Of a stretch of 64,000 nt of DNA, positions 42,004-52,046 are shown in pieces. Position 1 is the stretch's first letter. The number at the start of each line of letters is the position of its first letter. The notes under the pieces were generated by a model that was not told the origin of the DNA, made no database searches, and saw nothing but the letters and a program-made list of their open reading frames with translations. Both the position numbers and the translations under genes were made by a program. The stretch lies in the NCBI RefSeq assembly GCF_963676685.1, contig NC_092351.1, positions 78,244,001-78,308,000 on the forward strand, written 5' to 3'. Source of the stretch: Mytilus edulis (taxonomy: Eukaryota).

Positions 42004-42501
42004 TTATGTTACATTCTTTAACTTTGATCTACTAAGCATATCTCCAATACTTTTATGTTTGCTATACGCAACTATTGGTGCTGTATTGAATATTTGTACA
42101 CAGTCTTCGTCGAACTGTAATAAATGCCAGTGTTTCATTATACGTTTCTTTATTTTACGTATATATGGATTATATTTAGTTATTAAAACTAACGGAATAC
42201 TTTGCTTCTCTTTAGATTTGTTTTGTTGTAATAAATCAGTACGGTCAATTGATAAAGCATCAGTAATACTATCATCTATTTCAGCGTTATCATAACCCCT
42301 ATCTAATAATTTCACTTTGAAATTAGTTAGATTGTTTATTAATTTGTTATGGTCACTTGTATTTCTAATTTGCCGTATTGCTTCACCTTTAATAAATCCT
42401 CTGAATACATGCTGTGAGTGACAGCTATTTCTGTGCAGAAACAGATAAGAATTTGTTTCTTTAAAATGTATTTCAAGGTCAAGGATGCCATATGTTGTAA
42501 A
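42004..42501 (-). pseudogene. 5'-truncated PLE RT (thumb region only)
   Basis: Identical to the C-terminal ~165 aa from FTTYGILD. The ORF-track N-terminus MSHIVLSSL comes from the inversion junction. Confidence 0.9.
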
Positions 42502-42699
42502 CAATGATGACAAAACAATGTGACTCATTTATACATCATCAACACGGACAATTTCTCACTGCTATCTTATTCCCGCCTATCAACCCACGTGAATGTGGGC
42601 GGATCTTCTTTCAAGGTTTATAACATGTGTAAACCTAAAAATTCTTCAGCCACCCAATGTGAGCTCAACAAAGGCACGTAGCTAAGAGAATCACCCAAT

Positions 42700-44655
42700 G
42701 TGAACTCAAAAATGGCACGTCGTTTTAATAGAAATGCTAAAAAGCAAAAATTCCGATTCTACAATAAAAAAGAACGGAATAAATACAATATGCAGCAAAG
42801 AACTGCACATGCAAAAAAGCATGTTATTAATCTATCAAAACGCAGATTATCAAATCAGGAATATATCCTGTTGGCGAAAGGCTTGAAATTTATACCAACG
42901 CCATCAAGCAAAAATGCAAAAATGTCTATACTAAAAGACTACAATGAATTTGCTAGAAAATTACGATGTCGGTATATGTTCAGTCAAGAAAAAACTGACC
43001 TTCATCCATTTCGTAGCAATACAGGATATAAACCTGCCTCTACGTGCCATACGTTGGAAAATTATATAGATTTAACCAAGCTTGAATTGTCTTTTCTACC
43101 AATAGAAAGAAATGTAAAAAACAATCTTACTAAGGGCGAAAGAATAGCGCTACGCAATTTGAAAAATGATGAAACAATAGTAATAAAAAAGGCAGATAAA
43201 AATTCAAATTGTGTTATTTTAGACAGGCTAGACTACATAACAGAAGTCACAAGACAACTAAATACTCAACATTACTGCCAATTAGATTCATTTAACATGG
43301 CAGAACTGAAAATCCAGGTCATTGAGTATATTAAATCATTATACGACCAAGGCATAATCGACAAAATATCATTTAAATTTTTAACAAATGGTCAAAAATT
43401 AAGAGATGCACGATTAGGGAGAATTTATATTCTCCCAAAAATTCACCGTCTTGAAACAGAGACGTTTAAACAAATACAACATGATGGATTAAATGAATTA
43501 AATATAATTCCACCTGGCAGACCAATTATATCACAGTGTGGTTCTGTAACTGAACTTATAGGTCATTACGTTGACTATTTTCTTATACCAATAGTTCAAA
43601 ATCAGTCTACATATATAAAAGATACTACATCGTTCATTAATATCATTGAGAAATTAAAACCTATGGCAAACAGCCTTTTGGTTTCATATGATATAACACA
43701 GATGTTTACTAATCTACCTCAAGAAGCGTTATTGGGTGCGGTTGAACGAGCATATGACAGTTTTGACAAATCAAACTTCAAAGTCAATGCTCCGCCAGTC
43801 AATGTATTGATACATTTGTTGAGAATTATTTTAGAAAACAATGTATTTGAATTTGATGGGAAAATTTACAAACAAGTAATAGGTACGGCAATTGGTGCAG
43901 TTCCTTCACCGGAAATCTGTGACATACTTATGTTTGAAATAATGAATCAAATTATTTCTGCATTTCAATATAAAGACAAAATATTCTATCATGGAAGATA
44001 TAGAGACGATGGATTCATAATATATGATGGAACATCAGATGAAATTATAGATTTTTTTCGTCTAGCAAATGATTATAACCCCTTATTAAAGTTCACCTAT
44101 GAAATCAAAAACGATAAAATGTCGTTCTTGGATGTTGATGTAATTAAAGGTCAACGATTTACAACATATGGCATCCTTGACCTTGAAATACATTTTAAAG
44201 AAACAAATTCTTATCTGTTTCTGCACAGAAATAGCTGTCACTCACAGCATGTATTCAGAGGATTTATTAAAGGTGAAGCAATACGGCAAATTAGAAATAC
44301 AAGTGACCATAACAAATTAATAAACAATCTAACTAATTTCAAAGTGAAATTATTAGATAGGGGTTATGATAACGCTGAAATAGATGATAGTATTACTGAT
44401 GCTTTATCAATTGACCGTACTGATTTATTACAACAAAACAAATCTAAAGAGAAGCAAAGTATTCCGTTAGTTTTAATAACTAAATATAATCCATATATAC
44501 GTAAAACAAAGAAACGTATAATGAAACACTGGCATTTATTACAGTTCGACGAAGACTGTGTACAAATATTCAATACAGCACCAATAGTTGCGTATAGCAA
44601 ACATAAAAGTATTGGAGATATGCTTAGTAGATCAAAGTTAAAGAATGTAACATAA
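42700..44655 (+). CDS. Penelope-like RT, EN-less (RKTKK variant)
   Basis: Intact 651-codon ORF with the motifs listed above. Confidence 0.92.
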   Translation: MNSKMARRFNRNAKKQKFRFYNKKERNKYNMQQRTAHAKKHVINLSKRRLSNQEYILLAKGLKFIPTPSSKNAKMSILKDYNEFARKLRCRYMFSQEKTDLHPFRSNTGYKPASTCHTLENYIDLTKLELSFLPIERNVKNNLTKGERIALRNLKNDETIVIKKADKNSNCVILDRLDYITEVTRQLNTQHYCQLDSFNMAELKIQVIEYIKSLYDQGIIDKISFKFLTNGQKLRDARLGRIYILPKIHRLETETFKQIQHDGLNELNIIPPGRPIISQCGSVTELIGHYVDYFLIPIVQNQSTYIKDTTSFINIIEKLKPMANSLLVSYDITQMFTNLPQEALLGAVERAYDSFDKSNFKVNAPPVNVLIHLLRIILENNVFEFDGKIYKQVIGTAIGAVPSPEICDILMFEIMNQIISAFQYKDKIFYHGRYRDDGFIIYDGTSDEIIDFFRLANDYNPLLKFTYEIKNDKMSFLDVDVIKGQRFTTYGILDLEIHFKETNSYLFLHRNSCHSQHVFRGFIKGEAIRQIRNTSDHNKLINNLTNFKVKLLDRGYDNAEIDDSITDALSIDRTDLLQQNKSKEKQSIPLVLITKYNPYIRKTKKRIMKHWHLLQFDEDCVQIFNTAPIVAYSKHKSIGDMLSRSKLKNVT

Positions 44656-44666
44656 AATTGACAGTT

Positions 44667-44847
44667 GGACCCCTGATGATGGTAGATCTGTCATAACAAC
44701 TAGATATATTGAAGAAGAATTAAAATATAAATATATCAATATAAACATGAATAATTTTCATATTTGATTATATTCAAATAATGCATCTTAAAATGACCAT
44801 CCCAAGCTTAACTACCGAAACACGAAATTGATATTTGTGTCGGGTCC
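44667..44847 (+). ncRNA. Predicted type I hammerhead ribozyme with a 126-nt insertion in stem II
   Basis: Stem I GGACCC(44667)/GGGTCC(44842); core CTGATGA(44673); stem II GGTAG(44681)/CTACC(44812); GAAA(44817); stem III ACAC-AAAT/ATTT-GTGT; GUC cleavage triplet ending at 44841. Confidence 0.78.
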
Positions 44848-45265
44848 TATCAGCAATATGGGATGCGTGGTTGCATGGGTGTTTTATTATAACAAAATGT
44901 ATTCATGGACGGCTGTCCTACTGCACCTTACCGAGAATCGTTTTCTGCATTGAGAATGATCCGCATTTCCTGTTTGATGGGATACGTATATGGTGTTAAT
45001 TTATTGTTCCGGTGGACAAAGCTTTTAGCCTTGAGTTGAAAATACTTCATGACATGATTTACTTTGAAAAGTTCCACAAAACAATGTGACTCATTTATAC
45101 ATCATCAACACGGACAATTTCTCACTGCTATCTTATTCCCGCCTATCAACCCACGTGAATGTGGGCGGATCTTCTTTCAAGGTTTATAACATGTGTAAAC
45201 CTAAAAATTCTTCAGCCACCCAATGTGAGCTCAACAAAGGCACGTAGCTAAGAGAATCACCCAAT

Positions 45266-47221
45266 GTGAACTCAAAAATGGCACGTCGTTTTAATAGAAA
45301 TGCTAAAAAGCAAAAATTCCGATTCTACAATAAAAAAGAACGGAATAAATACAATATGCAGCAAAGAACTGCACATGCAAAAAAGCATGTTATTAATCTA
45401 TCAAAACGCAGATTATCAAATCAGGAATATATCCTGTTGGCGAAAGGCTTGAAATTTATACCAACGCCATCAAGCAAAAATGCAAAAATGTCTATACTAA
45501 AAGACTACAATGAATTTGCTAGAAAATTACGATGTCGGTATATGTTCAGTCAAGAAAAAACTGACCTTCATCCATTTCGTAGCAATACAGGATATAAACC
45601 TGCCTCTACGTGCCATACGTTGGAAAATTATATAGATTTAACCAAGCTTGAATTGTCTTTTCTACCAATAGAAAGAAATGTAAAAAACAATCTTACTAAG
45701 GGCGAAAGAATAGCGCTACGCAATTTGAAAAATGATGAAACAATAGTAATAAAAAAGGCAGATAAAAATTCAAATTGTGTTATTTTAGACAGGCTAGACT
45801 ACATAACAGAAGTCACAAGACAACTAAATACTCAACATTACTGCCAATTAGATTCATTTAACATGGCAGAACTGAAAATCCAGGTCATTGAGTATATTAA
45901 ATCATTATACGACCAAGGCATAATCGACAAAATATCATTTAAATTTTTAACAAATGGTCAAAAATTAAGAGATGCACGATTAGGGAGAATTTATATTCTC
46001 CCAAAAATTCACCGTCTTGAAACAGAGACGTTTAAACAAATACAACATGATGGATTAAATGAATTAAATATAATTCCACCTGGCAGACCAATTATATCAC
46101 AGTGTGGTTCTGTAACTGAACTTATAGGTCATTACGTTGACTATTTTCTTATACCAATAGTTCAAAATCAGTCTACATATATAAAAGATACTACATCGTT
46201 CATTAATATCATTGAGAAATTAAAACCTATGGCAAACAGCCTTTTGGTTTCATATGATATAACACAGATGTTTACTAATCTACCTCAAGAAGCGTTATTG
46301 GGTGCGGTTGAACGAGCATATGACAGTTTTGACAAATCAAACTTCAAAGTCAATGCTCCGCCAGTCAATGTATTGATACATTTGTTGAGAATTATTTTAG
46401 AAAACAATGTATTTGAATTTGATGGGAAAATTTACAAACAAGTAATAGGTACGGCAATTGGTGCAGTTCCTTCACCGGAAATCTGTGACATACTTATGTT
46501 TGAAATAATGAATCAAATTATTTCTGCATTTCAATATAAAGACAAAATATTCTATCATGGAAGATATAGAGACGATGGATTCATAATATATGATGGAACA
46601 TCAGATGAAATTATAGATTTTTTTCGTCTAGCAAATGATTATAACCCCTTATTAAAGTTCACCTATGAAATCAAAAACGATAAAATGTCGTTCTTGGATG
46701 TTGATGTAATTAAAGGTCAACGATTTACAACATATGGCATCCTTGACCTTGAAATACATTTTAAAGAAACAAATTCTTATCTGTTTCTGCACAGAAATAG
46801 CTGTCACTCACAGCATGTATTCAGAGGATTTATTAAAGGTGAAGCAATACGGCAAATTAGAAATACAAGTGACCATAACAAATTAATAAACAATCTAACT
46901 AATTTCAAAGTGAAATTATTAGATAGGGGTTATGATAACGCTGAAATAGATGATAGTATTACTGATGCTTTATCAATTGACCGTACTGATTTATTACAAC
47001 AAAACAAATCTAAAGAGAAGCAAAGTATTCCGTTAGTTTTAATAACTAAATATAATCCATATATACGTAAAACAAAGAAACGTATAATGAAACACTGGCA
47101 TTTATTACAGTTCGACGAAGACTGTGTACAAATATTCAATACAGCACCAATAGTTGCGTATAGCAAACATAAAAGTATTGGAGATATGCTTAGTAGATCA
47201 AAGTTAAAGAATGTAACATAA
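45266..47221 (+). CDS. Penelope-like RT, EN-less (RKTKK variant)
   Basis: Intact ORF identical in translation to 42700-44655. Confidence 0.92.
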   Translation: MNSKMARRFNRNAKKQKFRFYNKKERNKYNMQQRTAHAKKHVINLSKRRLSNQEYILLAKGLKFIPTPSSKNAKMSILKDYNEFARKLRCRYMFSQEKTDLHPFRSNTGYKPASTCHTLENYIDLTKLELSFLPIERNVKNNLTKGERIALRNLKNDETIVIKKADKNSNCVILDRLDYITEVTRQLNTQHYCQLDSFNMAELKIQVIEYIKSLYDQGIIDKISFKFLTNGQKLRDARLGRIYILPKIHRLETETFKQIQHDGLNELNIIPPGRPIISQCGSVTELIGHYVDYFLIPIVQNQSTYIKDTTSFINIIEKLKPMANSLLVSYDITQMFTNLPQEALLGAVERAYDSFDKSNFKVNAPPVNVLIHLLRIILENNVFEFDGKIYKQVIGTAIGAVPSPEICDILMFEIMNQIISAFQYKDKIFYHGRYRDDGFIIYDGTSDEIIDFFRLANDYNPLLKFTYEIKNDKMSFLDVDVIKGQRFTTYGILDLEIHFKETNSYLFLHRNSCHSQHVFRGFIKGEAIRQIRNTSDHNKLINNLTNFKVKLLDRGYDNAEIDDSITDALSIDRTDLLQQNKSKEKQSIPLVLITKYNPYIRKTKKRIMKHWHLLQFDEDCVQIFNTAPIVAYSKHKSIGDMLSRSKLKNVT

Positions 47222-47232
47222 AATTGACAGTT

Positions 47233-47413
47233 GGACCCCTGATGATGGTAGATCTGTCATAACAACTAGATATATTGAAGAAGAATTAAAATATAAATAT
47301 ATCAATATAAACATGAATAATTTTCATATTTGATTATATTCAAATAATGCATCTTAAAATGACCATCCCAAGCTTAACTACCGAAACACGAAATTGATAT
47401 TTGTGTCGGGTCC
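47233..47413 (+). ncRNA. Predicted type I hammerhead ribozyme (copy C)
   Basis: Same motif as 44667-44847. Confidence 0.75.
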
Positions 47414-47463
47414 TATCAGCAATATGGGATGCGTGGTTGCATGGGTGTTTTATTATAACAAAA

Positions 47464-48994
47464 TCTTACTAAGGGCGAAAGAATAGCGCTACGCAATTTG
47501 AAAAATGATGAAACAATAGTAATAAAAAAGGCAGATAAAAATTCAAATTGTGTTATTTTAGACAGGCTAGACTACATAACAGAAGTCACAAGACAACTAA
47601 ATACTCAACATTACTGCCAATTAGATTCATTTAACATGGCAGAACTGAAAATCCAGGTCATTGAGTATATTAAATCATTATACGACCAAGGCATAATCGA
47701 CAAAATATCATTTAAATTTTTAACAAATGGTCAAAAATTAAGAGATGCACGATTAGGGAGAATTTATATTCTCCCAAAAATTCACCGTCTTGAAACAGAG
47801 ACGTTTAAACAAATACAACATGATGGATTAAATGAATTAAATATAATTCCACCTGGCAGACCAATTATATCACAGTGTGGTTCTGTAACTGAACTTATAG
47901 GTCATTACGTTGACTATTTTCTTATACCAATAGTTCAAAATCAGTCTACATATATAAAAGATACTACATCGTTCATTAATATCATTGAGAAATTAAAACC
48001 TATGGCAAACAGCCTTTTGGTTTCATATGATATAACACAGATGTTTACTAATCTACCTCAAGAAGCGTTATTGGGTGCGGTTGAACGAGCATATGACAGT
48101 TTTGACAAATCAAACTTCAAAGTCAATGCTCCGCCAGTCAATGTATTGATACATTTGTTGAGAATTATTTTAGAAAACAATGTATTTGAATTTGATGGGA
48201 AAATTTACAAACAAGTAATAGGTACGGCAATTGGTGCAGTTCCTTCACCGGAAATCTGTGACATACTTATGTTTGAAATAATGAATCAAATTATTTCTGC
48301 ATTTCAATATAAAGACAAAATATTCTATCATGGAAGATATAGAGACGATGGATTCATAATATATGATGGAACATCAGATGAAATTATAGATTTTTTTCGT
48401 CTAGCAAATGATTATAACCCCTTATTAAAGTTCACCTATGAAATCAAAAACGATAAAATGTCGTTCTTGGATGTTGATGTAATTAAAGGTCAACGATTTA
48501 CAACATATGGCATCCTTGACCTTGAAATACATTTTAAAGAAACAAATTCTTATCTGTTTCTGCACAGAAATAGCTGTCACTCACAGCATGTATTCAGAGG
48601 ATTTATTAAAGGTGAAGCAATACGGCAAATTAGAAATACAAGTGACCATAACAAATTAATAAACAATCTAACTAATTTCAAAGTGAAATTATTAGATAGG
48701 GGTTATGATAACGCTGAAATAGATGATAGTATTACTGATGCTTTATCAATTGACCGTACTGATTTATTACAACAAAACAAATCTAAAGAGAAGCAAAGTA
48801 TTCCGTTAGTTTTAATAACTAAATATAATCCATATATACGTAAAATAAAGAAACGTATAATGAAACACTGGCATTTATTACAGTTCGACGAAGACTGTGT
48901 ACAAATATTCAATACAGCACCAATAGTTGCGTATAGCAAACATAAAAGTATTGGAGATATGCTTAGTAGATCAAAGTTAAAGAATGTAACATAA
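47464..48994 (+). pseudogene. 5'-truncated PLE RT (lacks first ~143 codons)
   Basis: Begins at TCTTACTAAGGGCGAA directly after the 3' end of the previous unit. Confidence 0.9.
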
Positions 48995-49005
48995 AATTGA
49001 CAGTT

Positions 49006-49186
49006 GGACCCCTGATGATGGTAGATCTGTCATAACAACTAGATATATTGAAGAAGAATTAAAATATAAATATATCAATATAAACATGAATAATTTTCAT
49101 ATTTGATTATATTCAAATAATGCATCTTAAAATGACCATCCCAAGCTTAACTACCGAAACACGAAATTGATATTTGTGTCGGGTCC
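49006..49186 (+). ncRNA. Predicted type I hammerhead ribozyme (copy D)
   Basis: Same motif as 44667-44847. Confidence 0.75.
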
Positions 49187-49480
49187 TATCAGCAATATGG
49201 GATGCGTGGTTGCATGGGTGTTTTATTATAACAAAGCTTTTAGCCTTGAGTTGAAAATACTTCATGACATGATTTACTTTGAAAAGTTCCACAAAACAAT
49301 GTGACTCATTTATACATCATCAACACGGACAATTTCTCACTGCTATCTTATTCCCGCCTATCAACCCACGTGAATGTGGGCGGATCTTCTTTCAAGGTTT
49401 ATAACATGTGTAAACCTAAAAATTCTTCAGCCACCCAATGTGAGCTCAACAAAGGCACGTAGCTAAGAGAATCACCCAAT

Positions 49481-51436
49481 GTGAACTCAAAAATGGCACG
49501 TCGTTTTAATAGAAATGCTAAAAAGCAAAAATTCCGATTCTACAATAAAAAAGAACGGAATAAATACAATATGCAGCAAAGAACTGCACATGCAAAAAAG
49601 CATGTTATTAATCTATCAAAACGCAGATTATCAAATCAGGAATATATCCTGTTGGCGAAAGGCTTGAAATTTATACCAACGCCATCAAGCAAAAATGCAA
49701 AAATGTCTATACTAAAAGACTACAATGAATTTGCTAGAAAATTACGATGTCGGTATATGTTCAGTCAAGAAAAAACTGACCTTCATCCATTTCGTAGCAA
49801 TACAGGATATAAACCTGCCTCTACGTGCCATACGTTGGAAAATTATATAGATTTAACCAAGCTTGAATTGTCTTTTCTACCAATAGAAAGAAATGTAAAA
49901 AACAATCTTACTAAGGGCGAAAGAATAGCGCTACGCAATTTGAAAAATGATGAAACAATAGTAATAAAAAAGGCAGATAAAAATTCAAATTGTGTTATTT
50001 TAGACAGGCTAGACTACATAACAGAAGTCACAAGACAACTAAATACTCAACATTACTGCCAATTAGATTCATTTAACATGGCAGAACTGAAAATCCAGGT
50101 CATTGAGTATATTAAATCATTATACGACCAAGGCATAATCGACAAAATATCATTTAAATTTTTAACAAATGGTCAAAAATTAAGAGATGCACGATTAGGG
50201 AGAATTTATATTCTCCCAAAAATTCACCGTCTTGAAACAGAGACGTTTAAACAAATACAACATGATGGATTAAATGAATTAAATATAATTCCACCTGGCA
50301 GACCAATTATATCACAGTGTGGTTCTGTAACTGAACTTATAGGTCATTACGTTGACTATTTTCTTATACCAATAGTTCAAAATCAGTCTACATATATAAA
50401 AGATACTACATCGTTCATTAATATCATTGAGAAATTAAAACCTATGGCAAACAGCCTTTTGGTTTCATATGATATAACACAGATGTTTACTAATCTACCT
50501 CAAGAAGCGTTATTGGGTGCGGTTGAACGAGCATATGACAGTTTTGACAAATCAAACTTCAAAGTCAATGCTCCGCCAGTCAATGTATTGATACATTTGT
50601 TGAGAATTATTTTAGAAAACAATGTATTTGAATTTGATGGGAAAATTTACAAACAAGTAATAGGTACGGCAATTGGTGCAGTTCCTTCACCGGAAATCTG
50701 TGACATACTTATGTTTGAAATAATGAATCAAATTATTTCTGCATTTCAATATAAAGACAAAATATTCTATCATGGAAGATATAGAGACGATGGATTCATA
50801 ATATATGATGGAACATCAGATGAAATTATAGATTTTTTTCGTCTAGCAAATGATTATAACCCCTTATTAAAGTTCACCTATGAAATCAAAAACGATAAAA
50901 TGTCGTTCTTGGATGTTGATGTAATTAAAGGTCAACGATTTACAACATATGGCATCCTTGACCTTGAAATACATTTTAAAGAAACAAATTCTTATCTGTT
51001 TCTGCACAGAAATAGCTGTCACTCACAGCATGTATTCAGAGGATTTATTAAAGGTGAAGCAATACGGCAAATTAGAAATACAAGTGACCATAACAAATTA
51101 ATAAACAATCTAACTAATTTCAAAGTGAAATTATTAGATAGGGGTTATGATAACGCTGAAATAGATGATAGTATTACTGATGCTTTATCAATTGACCGTA
51201 CTGATTTATTACAACAAAACAAATCTAAAGAGAAGCAAAGTATTCCGTTAGTTTTAATAACTAAATATAATCCATATATACGTAAAATAAAGAAACGTAT
51301 AATGAAACACTGGCATTTATTACAGTTCGACGAAGACTGTGTACAAATATTCAATACAGCACCAATAGTTGCGTATAGCAAACATAAAAGTATTGGAGAT
51401 ATGCTTAGTAGATCAAAGTTAAAGAATGTAACATAA
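49481..51436 (+). CDS. Penelope-like RT, EN-less
   Basis: Intact ORF. Confidence 0.92.
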   Translation: MNSKMARRFNRNAKKQKFRFYNKKERNKYNMQQRTAHAKKHVINLSKRRLSNQEYILLAKGLKFIPTPSSKNAKMSILKDYNEFARKLRCRYMFSQEKTDLHPFRSNTGYKPASTCHTLENYIDLTKLELSFLPIERNVKNNLTKGERIALRNLKNDETIVIKKADKNSNCVILDRLDYITEVTRQLNTQHYCQLDSFNMAELKIQVIEYIKSLYDQGIIDKISFKFLTNGQKLRDARLGRIYILPKIHRLETETFKQIQHDGLNELNIIPPGRPIISQCGSVTELIGHYVDYFLIPIVQNQSTYIKDTTSFINIIEKLKPMANSLLVSYDITQMFTNLPQEALLGAVERAYDSFDKSNFKVNAPPVNVLIHLLRIILENNVFEFDGKIYKQVIGTAIGAVPSPEICDILMFEIMNQIISAFQYKDKIFYHGRYRDDGFIIYDGTSDEIIDFFRLANDYNPLLKFTYEIKNDKMSFLDVDVIKGQRFTTYGILDLEIHFKETNSYLFLHRNSCHSQHVFRGFIKGEAIRQIRNTSDHNKLINNLTNFKVKLLDRGYDNAEIDDSITDALSIDRTDLLQQNKSKEKQSIPLVLITKYNPYIRKIKKRIMKHWHLLQFDEDCVQIFNTAPIVAYSKHKSIGDMLSRSKLKNVT

Positions 51437-51447
51437 AATTGACAGTT

Positions 51448-51628
51448 GGACCCCTGATGATGGTAGATCTGTCATAACAACTAGATATATTGAAGAAGAA
51501 TTAAAATATAAATATATCAATATAAACATGAATAATTTTCATATTTGATTATATTCAAATAATGCATCTTAAAATGACCATCCCAAGCTTAACTACCGAA
51601 ACACGAAATTGATATTTGTGTCGGGTCC
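51448..51628 (+). ncRNA. Predicted type I hammerhead ribozyme (copy E)
   Basis: Same motif as 44667-44847. Confidence 0.75.
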
Positions 51629-52046
51629 TATCAGCAATATGGGATGCGTGGTTGCATGGGTGTTTTATTATAACAAAATGTATTCATGGACGGCTGTCCT
51701 ACTGCACCTTACCGAGAATCGTTTTCTGCATTGAGAATGATCCGCATTTCCTGTTTGATGGGATACGTATATGGTGTTAATTTATTGTTCCGGTGGACAA
51801 AGCTTTTAGCCTTGAGTTGAAAATACTTCATGACATGATTTACTTTGAAAAGTTCCACAAAACAATGTGACTCATTTATACATCATCAACACGGACAATT
51901 TCTCACTGCTATCTTATTCCCGCCTATCAACCCACGTGAATGTGGGCGGATCTTCTTTCAAGGTTTATAACATGTGTAAACCTAAAAATTCTTCAGCCAC
52001 CCAATGTGAGCTCAACAAAGGCACGTAGCTAAGAGAATCACCCAAT

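Noticed and set aside
44897-44953. De novo ORF created by the head-to-tail junction (A|TG)
   Set aside because: It runs only 18 codons to a TGA and has no supporting feature.
44898-45265. N-terminal GIY-YIG endonuclease encoded through selenocysteine (TGA) readthrough, as in some Naiads
   Set aside because: An in-frame TAG lies 7 codons upstream of the ORF. Manual translation of all three frames shows no GIY-YIG or CCHH pattern even when TGA is read through.
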